NCBI GenBank assembly: GCA_965197745.1
Contig: CBDANS010000007.1
Location: forward strand, 32,001-96,000
Direction: 5' to 3'
Length of the DNA: 64,000 nt
Origin: Opitutales bacterium
GTDB taxonomy: Bacteria > Verrucomicrobiota > Verrucomicrobiia > Opitutales > PNEW01
Each line of letters begins with the position of its first letter. The stretch's first letter is position 1. Both the position numbers and the translations under genes were made by a program. The notes under the pieces were generated by a model. That model searched no databases. It was not told the DNA's origin and worked only from the letters and a program-made list of their open reading frames with translations. Shown here one piece after another: positions 50,075 to 59,397 of this stretch.

Positions 50075-50842
50075 TTACTTCATCGGGGTGAACAGGAGGA
50101 GCGTACCGATTTGTTCGTAACCAACAACCGGATATAGCTTAGCGCCGGTGTGACTGGCCAGCAGTACCGCGCTCTTTGCACCGCCTGTGCGGTCGTCGCG
50201 CAGCATCCGGCATAACAAAGCCCGGGCAATCCCGCGGCGGCGGTACGCCGGGACTACATGCATATTCGAGCACCATGTCGCGTTGCCGACAACGATGCTG
50301 CAAACCCAACCCACGGGCTCGTTATCGACTAGGGCGACATAGGCTCGCATAGGTGAATTTTTTGGCAGATATTCAGGAAGAATCTGCCGCGAACGTGCCG
50401 CCTTTGCCAATTGATCTGCCATGTCCTCGGTCGTGATTCGCTCGATTGTGGCGGGTGCGTTATTGCGCGGGATTCGTCGCAACTTGTGAATCATCAGCGA
50501 CTCAGATAACCCGAGTCGGTATCCGAGTTTTTTGAAGCCAATGCGGAGCGGTTCATCAGGATCGTCGATACCATGAATCGCACAGACGGAGAACCGCCCA
50601 CGCGTGTGCTTGCGGGCGATCCGGTTAATCTCCTTTGGTGCCACCCCGTAAGCAATCCATTCTTCATTGCGGTAGTTGTTGCGCTTCCGCGGTGCATCGC
50701 GCACCACCCATAAGGGTTCGACGCGATCGGCCAGATACGGATGGGTAAAACTTCGTGTGAAGCAAAACCCTCGTGCGAACACCTCAATCGCCCGATTTAT
50801 GTCGGACGGTGTGCCAACTCGCGTTTGGTGCTGTTGCGTCAT
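50075..50842 (-). CDS. GNAT family N-acetyltransferase
   Basis: VVPAYRRRGIA, GAKLYPVVGY. Confidence 0.88.
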   Translation of the reverse strand: MTQQHQTRVGTPSDINRAIEVFARGFCFTRSFTHPYLADRVEPLWVVRDAPRKRNNYRNEEWIAYGVAPKEINRIARKHTRGRFSVCAIHGIDDPDEPLRIGFKKLGYRLGLSESLMIHKLRRIPRNNAPATIERITTEDMADQLAKAARSRQILPEYLPKNSPMRAYVALVDNEPVGWVCSIVVGNATWCSNMHVVPAYRRRGIARALLCRMLRDDRTGGAKSAVLLASHTGAKLYPVVGYEQIGTLLLFTPMK

Positions 50843-50905
50843 CCACTGATCACTGCTTCCCTTCCTATATTAAAATATTAACCCTGAACCTTGAACCCCG
50901 AACCC

Positions 50906-52024
50906 TTATCTTCTCCGGGCGAAGCGGACGACACAGGGATTCGGATCGTGAAGTGCTATCTCGAAGAGGGACCGATTGGCCTCGCGATCAATGCCGCCGA
51001 GGAGTGCCGCCGTCTCGATACGGACGGTTGCGCTTGGATCTTTCAAACCTTGCTTAAACCATTGCGTTGCCCCCTGACCACCGTGCCTGGCGAGTGCAGC
51101 TGTGGCCGCAGCCCGGATTCGGACGTCGTCTGATTCAACGAACGGTTCTAAGATACTGCAGTCAATTTCATCGCAGTGAATCATCCCCTGAAGCGCGGCG
51201 ACGCGGACATCCCTGGACTCATCATCCAGAAAGAGCAGGCACCATTCGAATAAATCTGGGACCTTCAATTCCGACAGGCGCTTCAATCCGCGGACGCGCC
51301 GTTTGGTATTGGAAGACTCCAAACAATCTAGCGCTTCCTCATGCGGTTCCGCCTTCGGGAGTTCTTGTGCCGGCATCTCCTTTTTTGCCTTTGGCGGCGG
51401 GCGACTCAACTCCAGTTTTCCAAGATCGACATCTGCATTGCGGAAGAATTCCGGAAGCCATTGTCGCGCCTTTTTCAAAAATTCGTTGGGGTCAGTACCG
51501 CGCTCGGGCTGAAAGGTAATGCGATGGTGATGCCAGCGCCATAGGCGTAGGAGGCCGGGGTGGCGCGGGTTGACGCCTCCTGGCTGCCGGTGGCCAAGTA
51601 ACGCGTTCACCCAGTCAACCAGCTCATTGGGCGTGTTCAGTTCGAGGATCCTTCTTACCTTTTTACAATGGGCAGCTGGTGTGAGACCCCCTGCCACTTT
51701 GGCGTCATGTTGAACCTGCTGGCGCAATAACTTACAGGCTTCCGGATCGGACATAACACTGTTCAGTTCAGTCGATAGATCCTTAAGCACCGCGCGCCAT
51801 CGCTGACTTTTTTCAGCGCGTTGAAGGAGTGTGGCAATAGCATGAAGTGCCGGACCCTTAACCCGTTTGCCCGGCTGATGGACTGCCTGGAACACCTTTC
51901 GCCACAGTTGTATATCCTGGACATGACTCCGGCAGGGGCAGATACTTCGCATCACCATTGACCGCTTGTCGCAGGAACCCTCCTCGAGGGCGTGGATAAG
52001 TTCTGGGATTTTTAGTAGGGGCAT
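50906..52024 (-). CDS. HEAT-repeat domain protein
   Basis: C-terminal D..VR.AA repeats; N-terminal CPC motif. Confidence 0.75.
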   Translation of the reverse strand: MPLLKIPELIHALEEGSCDKRSMVMRSICPCRSHVQDIQLWRKVFQAVHQPGKRVKGPALHAIATLLQRAEKSQRWRAVLKDLSTELNSVMSDPEACKLLRQQVQHDAKVAGGLTPAAHCKKVRRILELNTPNELVDWVNALLGHRQPGGVNPRHPGLLRLWRWHHHRITFQPERGTDPNEFLKKARQWLPEFFRNADVDLGKLELSRPPPKAKKEMPAQELPKAEPHEEALDCLESSNTKRRVRGLKRLSELKVPDLFEWCLLFLDDESRDVRVAALQGMIHCDEIDCSILEPFVESDDVRIRAAATAALARHGGQGATQWFKQGLKDPSATVRIETAALLGGIDREANRSLFEIALHDPNPCVVRFARRR

Positions 52025-52104
52025 TTGAGATCAAAAACAACTAATGGGGATATGATGGATTTACAAGCTTGATATAGCTTTTTCTGAATCTCCATCTGGA
52101 GAGC

Positions 52105-52620
52105 TTAACGTTTCCTAACGACACCACCGATGAACGAATGCTTTGCCTCACCGTACGCGTCGCGGTCAAAGCGAAAACGTCGAGCCAGTTCGCGCTTCAG
52201 TGCAGCATATTCCTGTGCAACATTGGGGTGTGTGCGCAAGTAATCGCGAAATGCTATACGCATTTTCCAGCAATCACTGTGATACGGAATAAGCTGAAGG
52301 TTATACGGCTGCTTGCCTGGCGCCCTCTTGTCAAAGAAATGCATGACATGCGAGCAGACAGAATCATAGTAGCTGTATCCAATTGCCTCCAGAGAACCGA
52401 AGGCTGGACGAGATTCGTCGAGGCCAGCCACCCCGACTTGAATATCGACTATAGGTTTTGCCGCAAGCCCTGGCACTGAAGTACTGCCGACGTGTTCAAT
52501 ACTGCCAGTTACATATTCACCGATCGCACTGTTTAGCATTTCACGTTCTTTCATGAATGCCACGACCCATGATTCATCGTAAGCAGCGATTTCAACTTTC
52601 TCTATTTCAGTAGCGGTCAT
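52105..52620 (-). CDS. GrpB family protein (nucleotidyltransferase fold)
   Basis: IEHVGSTSVPGLAAKPIVDI, FRDYLR, Y..LK..LA. Confidence 0.92.
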   Translation of the reverse strand: MTATEIEKVEIAAYDESWVVAFMKEREMLNSAIGEYVTGSIEHVGSTSVPGLAAKPIVDIQVGVAGLDESRPAFGSLEAIGYSYYDSVCSHVMHFFDKRAPGKQPYNLQLIPYHSDCWKMRIAFRDYLRTHPNVAQEYAALKRELARRFRFDRDAYGEAKHSFIGGVVRKR

Positions 52621-52691
52621 GACCTCTTTCTTATTTTCTTTTTGAGAATTGTTGCAGTGAGCTAATAGGTGACATAGGAAGATCAGTAGCT

Positions 52692-53699
52692 TCACATCTG
52701 ACTTATTACAATATACAGTGCAATTTCACCTTCTTCCACTCCCTTCTCCACGAATCCCAGGCTTTTGTAAAGAGAATGTGCCGGTGTGTTATTAGGAAGA
52801 GTAGAAATTCTGACGACATCAACTTTCGGTTCAAATTTTCGTATCCAGCTTAGAGTGGTTTCAAGGAGGTTACGTCCTAGTCCTCGACGTTGGAATCGAT
52901 AATCAATCGCCAACCGAACGATATTTACGTATTGCCGCTGTACTGATTGATATGGATATACAAGCAGATATCCCACAGGTTTGTCGCCGTAGTAGGCAAT
53001 TCTAAAAAGAGATCGTTTATAAACATAAGCATCAGCCAAAGTCTTTTGGACCGATGCGACTAGATCTTGTTGATCAGGTCGCACAGTTAACGCCATGGCG
53101 AGATCGTAGTTGTCAGGAGTAATAGGTACGAGATCAATCTTATTTTGTTTCTCATGTGCCGTCTGTTGGTGATTATTAGAAATCAGAATTTCGAATTCGC
53201 TTCGAAGCATCGAATATATCAATCTGTTGCTTACAGAGTCGTTGTTCCAGTCGGACTCACGCAATTCGCCTTCTTTATGATACCCGCATTTTTCTGCTAT
53301 CTGCCATGATGCAATGTTGCTTGGATTTGTCATGATCTGCAAACGGTTTAAATTATCTCGTTCTTCGAAAAGATAATGAGTCAGCAATGTGACTCCTTCA
53401 GTCATATACCCTTTTCGTCTATCTGATTCCGAATGAATAATGTATCCCAACTCTAAACCGTCGATTCCCCAATCAGATTGATAAAATTGAATGCTCCCAA
53501 CTAATCGCGAACTTTCATTTTCAATAAGAGCCACAGCGCCCGATTGTTCTGTCCAAAATTCGGTCTTCGCGTATAATTCCCTGATTCGTTCGACATCAAT
53601 AAGCGGCTCTGTAATCGACAATGTGTAGTGATGTTTCGATACATGCTCGAAATCAGCTGGTTCTATTTTTCGTATGGAAACTAACTTTCCGGATCTCAT
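52692..53699 (-). CDS. Double GNAT protein (RimJ/RimL-like fused to a second GNAT)
   Basis: Two complete GNAT motif sets joined at ILISNNHQQTAHE (attC remnant). Confidence 0.82.
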   Translation of the reverse strand: MRSGKLVSIRKIEPADFEHVSKHHYTLSITEPLIDVERIRELYAKTEFWTEQSGAVALIENESSRLVGSIQFYQSDWGIDGLELGYIIHSESDRRKGYMTEGVTLLTHYLFEERDNLNRLQIMTNPSNIASWQIAEKCGYHKEGELRESDWNNDSVSNRLIYSMLRSEFEILISNNHQQTAHEKQNKIDLVPITPDNYDLAMALTVRPDQQDLVASVQKTLADAYVYKRSLFRIAYYGDKPVGYLLVYPYQSVQRQYVNIVRLAIDYRFQRRGLGRNLLETTLSWIRKFEPKVDVVRISTLPNNTPAHSLYKSLGFVEKGVEEGEIALYIVISQM

Positions 53700-53702
53700 T
53701 AT

Positions 53703-53767
53703 TTCTAACGATGAAAGGAGCTGCATTATGGCGTAGCAAAAATGCTAGCTCACCTGATTTGCTGACT
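53703..53767 (-). other. attC site (degenerate R'')
   Basis: AGTCAGC AAATCAGGTGAGCTAGCATT...AATGCAGCTCCTTTCATC GTTAGAA. Confidence 0.65.
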
Positions 53768-54577
53768 CCTTTCCAGCATAAGATAATTGTAGGCAAGTCT
53801 GAATCCACACTTTTGTAAGCTCATTGAACTGGGAATATTGAAATCTGTAACCGAAAACACCAATTCACATCCCGACGCAAAAGCATCTCCGCATCTCGCG
53901 AAGACGTGCTCACCATGGTGGCCTTTCCTGCGATATTCCTTTAATGTATAACCCCACGCTAGATAACCAATTTCATTTTTGATGAACAGTTTTGAAATGC
54001 TGACCGGATTATTGTTTTCAAATCCAATATAATTCATCCAGCTATTTGTGAAACCGTGCTTGATCGCATTTTTTTCTTTCTCCATATCCTCATCATTAAC
54101 TGGCTCAACCTTAAGCTTTACTTCAATAAACTCATTAGCTTCATCACATGAAAACCGCCTGATTCGTCCCGCTACTCTTTCCTTTGCATTTTGTTCACCT
54201 AGATGGTCGAGATACCAAACACATCGGAACATACCTGGATAGTACCCCAACTCAAGCAAGGCAGGTAAGATTTCAGATTTCCAAGAAAAAGGCTTAGTTC
54301 TATAGAAATTGGCAGGGTTTAGCTCGAAATAGCCATCTACTCCCTTCTTGTCAAAAAGAGAGGTAACTTCTTTTAATTCCTCTATTGTCTCATTTCCTGT
54401 GAAAATAGCTCGATTTTCCAAACGATTTTCATTCGAGAGAAATATCCGTGTATCACCTACTTTTATTATCTCTACTCCCTTGGGATTCCCCGGCAATAGA
54501 GACAATTGCCGATAATCTGATTCAATATGATCGGCATGAGCGTTTTGAAGTCGTCTTACGATGTCCCGAGTATGCAT
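53750..54577 (-). CDS. GNAT family N-acetyltransferase
   Basis: TLKEYRRKGHH, S..SLQKCGFRLAY. Confidence 0.8.
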   Translation of the reverse strand: MHTRDIVRRLQNAHADHIESDYRQLSLLPGNPKGVEIIKVGDTRIFLSNENRLENRAIFTGNETIEELKEVTSLFDKKGVDGYFELNPANFYRTKPFSWKSEILPALLELGYYPGMFRCVWYLDHLGEQNAKERVAGRIRRFSCDEANEFIEVKLKVEPVNDEDMEKEKNAIKHGFTNSWMNYIGFENNNPVSISKLFIKNEIGYLAWGYTLKEYRRKGHHGEHVFARCGDAFASGCELVFSVTDFNIPSSMSLQKCGFRLAYNYLMLERSQQIR

Positions 54578-54726
54578 TTTTCTATTAGTTTAAAGTGTGT
54601 TTTCAACGTACTGCTCTGGTTCTTTTTCTTCTCATATTCCTTCTTCATATATTCTCCTTTACTAGTTTATTCGAAGAAAGCGTCTCCACATGTTTGTGTC
54701 ACGCCCATAGCTCGGATCCGAAGAAG

Positions 54727-54752
54727 AAAAAAGCCGTTCCAGGCGGAACGGC
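54727..54752 (-). terminator. Rho-independent terminator
   Basis: GCCGTTCC-GCCT-GGAACGGC followed by TTTTTT on the minus strand. Confidence 0.85.
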
Positions 54753-54783
54753 CAAACTGCTCTTGATAGCTTGCTGGTGCTAC

Positions 54784-54843
54784 CTAGTGTCGGGACCTAC
54801 CTGGGAGTGACAACGCGACGAATTGAATCTTAGCTGCAATCAT
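54784..54843 (-). CDS. Putative 19-aa leader peptide MIAAKIQFVALSLPGRSRH
   Basis: Strong AAGGAG RBS, TTGACA at 54923-54928, terminator ~30 nt after the stop. Confidence 0.5.
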   Translation of the reverse strand: MIAAKIQFVALSLPGRSRH

Positions 54844-55002
54844 GATATGTCTCTCCTTTTATAGGTGTAGGTTTCGAGTTCTTGGGTAATGTTCATAATA
54901 ATTCATTCGATAGTAACTTCGGTGTCAATAAATATCCGTGGCTACTTCATGCTGGTTGCACCGGCAGTCGGGACCGTTCCAATGAGTGTTAGGCGTCCGG
55001 CT

Positions 55003-55812
55003 TCAATTTCCCACTTTGCTTCCCACATAAAGTAGATGGCCACCACTACCCAGGATAGATGGATCGCGAGAGACACGGTATAGTATCTCAAACCATTCTG
55101 TGTACACTTCCGGCTTTGCACTGTAGAGTTTCTCGTAATTTTCATGAGTTAGACAATCCATCGCTGCAAGATCCAGTTTTGTAAATCCACCCTCCTCCAT
55201 CAGGGGTTCGATCTGGTCGGGGTGAGCACACCATGCATCAGTGAATCCGCTCGAGTCCTTGGGACTAATATGCACGCCATCAGCAACAATTTTCCTGATG
55301 TCATCACCTTCTCGAAGGATGTACTCTGGATCTCGATAGAGTGCCCACTGAAGAATGCTGTAGCGGGTTAAAAAATCGACAAATATAATACCATTCGGTT
55401 TCAAAATACGCCAAGACTCTCGAACAGCTTGCAGGCGTTCACTGTGGGATGGCAAATGGTAGATCGGACCCATTAACAGTACCGTATCAAAGGAAGCATC
55501 CTGAATTACCGACAGGTCTCTTGCGTCTGATTTTAAAGTGCGAAATAGAGTCACCCCCGCTTCCAGTGCTTTATTCTCAGCAAAACCGAGTGCCTCTGCC
55601 GATAGATCGACCAAAGTGACTTTGTACCCCTGCTTCGTTAATTCGATCGCATACCTACCGACACCACCACCGATATCTGCGATTTCAGCCAACGTTTCTG
55701 GTAAGTAATCAGAAAACATGCGCATCGCGATATCGTACTGCAGTCGCATGCGCTCAAGCCTCTGCCACTCGCGCTCTGTTACTGAGTCATAGAATTTCTC
55801 TACATTTTTCAT
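55003..55812 (-). CDS. Class I SAM-dependent methyltransferase
   Basis: DIGGGVGRY, LLMGPIYHL. Confidence 0.9.
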   Translation of the reverse strand: MKNVEKFYDSVTEREWQRLERMRLQYDIAMRMFSDYLPETLAEIADIGGGVGRYAIELTKQGYKVTLVDLSAEALGFAENKALEAGVTLFRTLKSDARDLSVIQDASFDTVLLMGPIYHLPSHSERLQAVRESWRILKPNGIIFVDFLTRYSILQWALYRDPEYILREGDDIRKIVADGVHISPKDSSGFTDAWCAHPDQIEPLMEEGGFTKLDLAAMDCLTHENYEKLYSAKPEVYTEWFEILYRVSRDPSILGSGGHLLYVGSKVGN

Positions 55813-55832
55813 GTAATCTATGAAGTTCTGGA

Positions 55833-56264
55833 TTATATCGATAATAGAGCAGCGATACGATCCAACTCTTGTCGATCGGTAATCTCGATATGTTTATCGC
55901 TGAATCGTACTTTGCCGTCTTCAATATAAGCATGTCGACTGGATACAATATCATGCGGGTCCTGCTGCGGAACCAGGATAAGATGAGCGTGAGGTAGACC
56001 GAACCCATGGATCACCATTCCAATGCGCAAGGGCGATAGAACTTCCATCATTTTACGTCCGATTTGCTGAGAGATCACCATAATATGTGATACCAGATCA
56101 TCTGGTATATCAGTAAAATGATCGATATGCTCTTTTGGTAGGACGGTGCACTCTCCATTTCGTGTAGGTCGCAAGGTCATAAAGGAGATAATCCGGTCAT
56201 CTTCATAGACACGACTGGCAGGTGCTTGCCCGGCTATGATTTGGCAGAAAATACACTCATCCAT
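55833..56264 (-). CDS. HIT family protein
   Basis: CIFC, PKEH, HAHLILVP. Confidence 0.9.
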   Translation of the reverse strand: MDECIFCQIIAGQAPASRVYEDDRIISFMTLRPTRNGECTVLPKEHIDHFTDIPDDLVSHIMVISQQIGRKMMEVLSPLRIGMVIHGFGLPHAHLILVPQQDPHDIVSSRHAYIEDGKVRFSDKHIEITDRQELDRIAALLSI

Positions 56265-56286
56265 GGCGTTTCATTTGGACAATTCT

Positions 56287-56337
56287 AACATCATATTATC
56301 CAACCGGTTATTGCGGTGAGAAAAACAAGAAGCAAAT
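56287..56337 (-). other. attI-like element, family 2 (shortened)
   Basis: Minus strand TTGGATAAT ATGAT^GTTAGAA; shares the gagaaa...caa..caaatc tail with the 58342 and 60207 copies. Confidence 0.55.
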
Positions 56338-56774
56338 CATTTCGGTTTTTCTAAATAGTCAATCACGGCATTCCAAAGTGGGTGGTCCGGCTGCATGTGC
56401 ATTCGATAGAAATCCACAGTTTTGCTCCATACTGGCCTACCCAACACCTCAGTAATAGTTCTATCCGACGCTTCCCCAATTCCTGTAGTGCTTGGATAGG
56501 TCGTTACATGCACGCTCAAATCTCCAACCTTGAATTTAAATGAGGGTGGGTTCGAGGGGGTGATCTGCGTAGGTCCATATTCTTTGAACACTTCCCTTGT
56601 TTCTTCGATGCATCCCCACTTCACGGTTATGTCCAGATCATCCATATCAAAGTTGATTCCATGAGCGAATAGGGCAGTGGAACCATCGAGATGATAGGTG
56701 ATCTTGTTCAATTCCAAATCGCAAACGATGCGCACTATCAGATTTCCCCAATCTCTTCTCCGTGGAATCTCCAT
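56337..56774 (-). CDS. Nucleotidyltransferase-like protein
   Basis: GSTALFAHG...DDLDI (GS...DxD). Confidence 0.7.
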   Translation of the reverse strand: MEIPRRRDWGNLIVRIVCDLELNKITYHLDGSTALFAHGINFDMDDLDITVKWGCIEETREVFKEYGPTQITPSNPPSFKFKVGDLSVHVTTYPSTTGIGEASDRTITEVLGRPVWSKTVDFYRMHMQPDHPLWNAVIDYLEKPK

Positions 56775-56788
56775 ATCAGTAATCGCTT

Positions 56789-56845
56789 GGCTGACGCTTA
56801 ATTCATCGGTGTTGTTTTCTCATCCGCTGGAGCGCCTTGTTGGGA
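56789..56845 (-). other. attC site with R' GTCAGCC
   Basis: TCCCAAC AAGGCGCTCCAGCGG...CCGATGAATTAAGC GTCAGCC. Confidence 0.7.
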
Positions 56846-57402
56846 GTCTTTGGTGCTCCCGCATGGTAACGTTCATATCCGAAGAATTCGAAGTCTTCCC
56901 TTGAACCGTTCCACACAAGCTCTTCATCTCCTTCGGCCATAATCTCAATGAAGTTCCCTGATGGTCGATATCCACCCGCGTTCAAGTGAGGAAAAGATGC
57001 AACATCATTAGAATTCACAAAAGGAAGTTCCTTGAGGCACTCAGGTAAATCTTCGAAGTAGAGTATTTGAGTGATACCTGACCATTCAACGAATTCCTTC
57101 TGGCTTATAGGCTGGTCCTTTGGTCGAACCCAGTTGCTGACTGCTTCAGCGTAGCTTTTCGGTTTCTTATAGTCCTCGGGTTTGTCAACCGGCTCAAAAT
57201 ACCAACCGCTTGCCTGGATCTCATATGGATTTCTGATTAGTGTAAATACCAGGAAATCACTGAATTCTACCGGCACGATCCATTCGTGATGTCGACCATA
57301 CCACTCGCCCTGGTAGTGTTCCACGAGCCACTGTGACATGGATTTTGAACCCGTGCGTGGAATTGAAATATATATGTACTTAAGGGCTTTAGAAATAATC
57401 AT
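56803..57402 (-). CDS. Sulfotransferase family 2-like protein
   Basis: IPRTGSKS (5'-PSB-like), IRNPYE; start after the attC. Confidence 0.75.
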   Translation of the reverse strand: MIISKALKYIYISIPRTGSKSMSQWLVEHYQGEWYGRHHEWIVPVEFSDFLVFTLIRNPYEIQASGWYFEPVDKPEDYKKPKSYAEAVSNWVRPKDQPISQKEFVEWSGITQILYFEDLPECLKELPFVNSNDVASFPHLNAGGYRPSGNFIEIMAEGDEELVWNGSREDFEFFGYERYHAGAPKTPNKALQRMRKQHR

Positions 57403-57411
57403 ATCGTTTAC

Positions 57412-57512
57412 GTCCAACGTTCCAGATGAGCGACTGAAGAGAGAATAACCAAGAACGAGAGCGTCGCAAGCCAACATCGGAACTGAAAGCACCCGCTCCA
57501 TCTGGTCTAATT
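57412..57512 (-). other. attC site (R'' degenerate)
   Basis: CCAGATGGAGCG...CGCTCATCTGG AAC GTTGGAC. Confidence 0.72.
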
Positions 57513-57545
57513 ATTTCATTCACTGGATGTTCCCGAGTGAGGCGC

Positions 57546-58346
57546 CTAGCCGGATAGCGAAACTGAACCAGTCAGAATGTGCCCGCAGGGAACGAAGCCG
57601 GCTTTCTGAAGCGTGTTGCGAGAAGAGATATTAGTGATGTGGCAACGTGCTGCGGGAACGCTTCCTTGCTCGTAACAAACCCGTTTCAACTCTTGCACCA
57701 GGTAACAGCCAAGTCCACGCCTCCAGAACGGTTCCGCCACTTCCATGTAAATGTCGCCATAAGGGCGATTATAGTGAAATAAAATGCCTCCAGTCGCCGC
57801 GATCTCGCCCTCGACATCTAATACCCAATCTCCAACCGGCTCCACTCGGTGTGGAAAAATATGTTCGGTATCGTCTTCTGTCGCTCTCCGAAAAACGGAG
57901 CCGTTCGAAGAGTGAGCAGTTGTCAGTTTATCGTGGAAGAGGATGGACTCGGGCTTCACTTTTTTAGCGAACGTGTGCAACATTACGGTCAACCATGGAT
58001 CATTGCTCTGGGTTCTGATCCTGTTCGAGCCGCAGGTGGTAAGCAGCACAACAAACAGGTCGAACATGCGCGAGCGATAAGGCGGTGCTACATAGAACTC
58101 GAACACCGCTGGGTTCTTCTTCCAAGATCCACCGACCATAATCGAGCCATATCCCGCAATGACGTCGCCTACAATGAGAAGATAGGGTTTGCTCCAACCT
58201 TTACGAGAGTGTAATGAGTCATGAATGATCTGGCAATTCATCTCCTGCCGGTAACGATCGCGCCAGGGTAAAATGTTCTCAAGCGTTGTAGTTCTCGCCG
58301 TGTTTTTTTGAATTCTCTCTACGGGAGTGGCAATGCCTTTTAACAT
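57546..58346 (-). CDS. GNAT family N-acetyltransferase
   Basis: EVAEPFWRRGLG, N..S..TLQKAGF; the nearest in-frame ATG lies in the attI-like core. Confidence 0.8.
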   Translation of the reverse strand: MLKGIATPVERIQKNTARTTTLENILPWRDRYRQEMNCQIIHDSLHSRKGWSKPYLLIVGDVIAGYGSIMVGGSWKKNPAVFEFYVAPPYRSRMFDLFVVLLTTCGSNRIRTQSNDPWLTVMLHTFAKKVKPESILFHDKLTTAHSSNGSVFRRATEDDTEHIFPHRVEPVGDWVLDVEGEIAATGGILFHYNRPYGDIYMEVAEPFWRRGLGCYLVQELKRVCYEQGSVPAARCHITNISSRNTLQKAGFVPCGHILTGSVSLSG

Positions 58347-58416
58347 TAGATTAGCCAATAGGTTTTCAATATAGTCTCCGCTATCGAGGGGAGAAAGGCA
58401 ACAGACAAATCTCAAC
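58342..58416 (-). other. attI-like element, family 2
   Basis: Minus strand ...AACCTATTGGCTAAT CTAAT^GTTAAAA. Confidence 0.7.
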
Positions 58417-58446
58417 AGTGGGTCCGCTTCAGCGTGTTGTCAGGCG

Positions 58447-59334
58447 TCATTTTATCTCCTCATCCGCGAGGATATCATCGATCACCTGCATTGCCCTGGC
58501 AGCTTCAGCGGGATTGCTTCCGCGATGCTCCCTTAGTTCCAGTAATGCCTTCCAAATACCCCAACCTCGCCCTCGCACCCAGGTCGCTTCGTCGACGTTC
58601 AGTTCAGAGTGGAAATATTCCCTGCTTGATCCGGATAAGAATGTCCACGCGATGGTGACGTCGCAGGAAGGATCTCCCGCTCCCAGTTGTCCGAAATCGA
58701 TCACGGCGCAAAGTCGTCCCCCTTGCACGAGGAGATTATCGAACGCGACGTCACCGTGGACCCAAACGGGTTGGCGATCCCATTTTGCTTTTAAAGCCGA
58801 TTCCCAAATAGAGGTCGCCGCCTGCGCATCAATTACATCTTCCAGTGCCTCTATGCACTCGCGGGTCTGAGAGTCATACACCGATAAATCTCCGCCTCGA
58901 TAGTGGTTGTCTGGTCCCGCCAGTGGTGCATGGGTTGTATCAATCGTTTGCAGTATATTCAAAAAGTTGGCGATATCTTTCGCGAATTCATTCAAATCAG
59001 AAATACGCTCGATGGAAGCATTTTCACCTTGAAGCCACTTGTTCACGGACCAGGGCCACGGGTACCCCAGTCCCGGAATACCTCTTCCGAGAGGGACTGG
59101 AATTGGTAGTGGAAGATGGGGGGCGAGTTTAGGGAGCCACTCATGCTCTGTGTTGACGTGCTTCATGTAATTCTTTCCGCTCGGCATTCGAACACTCATT
59201 TCATCGCCAAGATGGAATGTTCTATTGTCGTGTCCATCGATCTCGACTGGGGTTATCGCCAGATTTGCCCACTGGGAAAACTGCGCAGCGACCAACCGCT
59301 GCACGAGGGATACATTAATTTCCACTATGTCCAT
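58447..59334 (-). CDS. Aminoglycoside phosphotransferase (APH) family kinase
   Basis: HGDV...N, IDFG, GHDNRTFHLG; start after the attC. Confidence 0.9.
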   Translation of the reverse strand: MDIVEINVSLVQRLVAAQFSQWANLAITPVEIDGHDNRTFHLGDEMSVRMPSGKNYMKHVNTEHEWLPKLAPHLPLPIPVPLGRGIPGLGYPWPWSVNKWLQGENASIERISDLNEFAKDIANFLNILQTIDTTHAPLAGPDNHYRGGDLSVYDSQTRECIEALEDVIDAQAATSIWESALKAKWDRQPVWVHGDVAFDNLLVQGGRLCAVIDFGQLGAGDPSCDVTIAWTFLSGSSREYFHSELNVDEATWVRGRGWGIWKALLELREHRGSNPAEAARAMQVIDDILADEEIK

Positions 59335-59342
59335 TTCTTGTT

Positions 59343-59397
59343 GCCTAACGTTTAGCTTGATCCTCAAATGGCCCGCTAGGCATGGGTCCAATTATAG
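59343..59397 (-). other. attC site (degenerate)
   Basis: CTATAAT (overlaps stop) ... TCAAGCTAAAC GTTAGGC. Confidence 0.6.

Noticed and set aside
50881..50905. Heptamer repeats (ACCCTGA ACCTTGA ACCCCGA), and similar GAGGACGA-type runs at ~33656 and ~33828
   Set aside because: Short, common intergenic simple repeats with no associated system in the window.
58447..59334. Clinical aminoglycoside-resistance gene
   Set aside because: Only APH-superfamily motifs are visible; no identity to a named resistance gene can be asserted.
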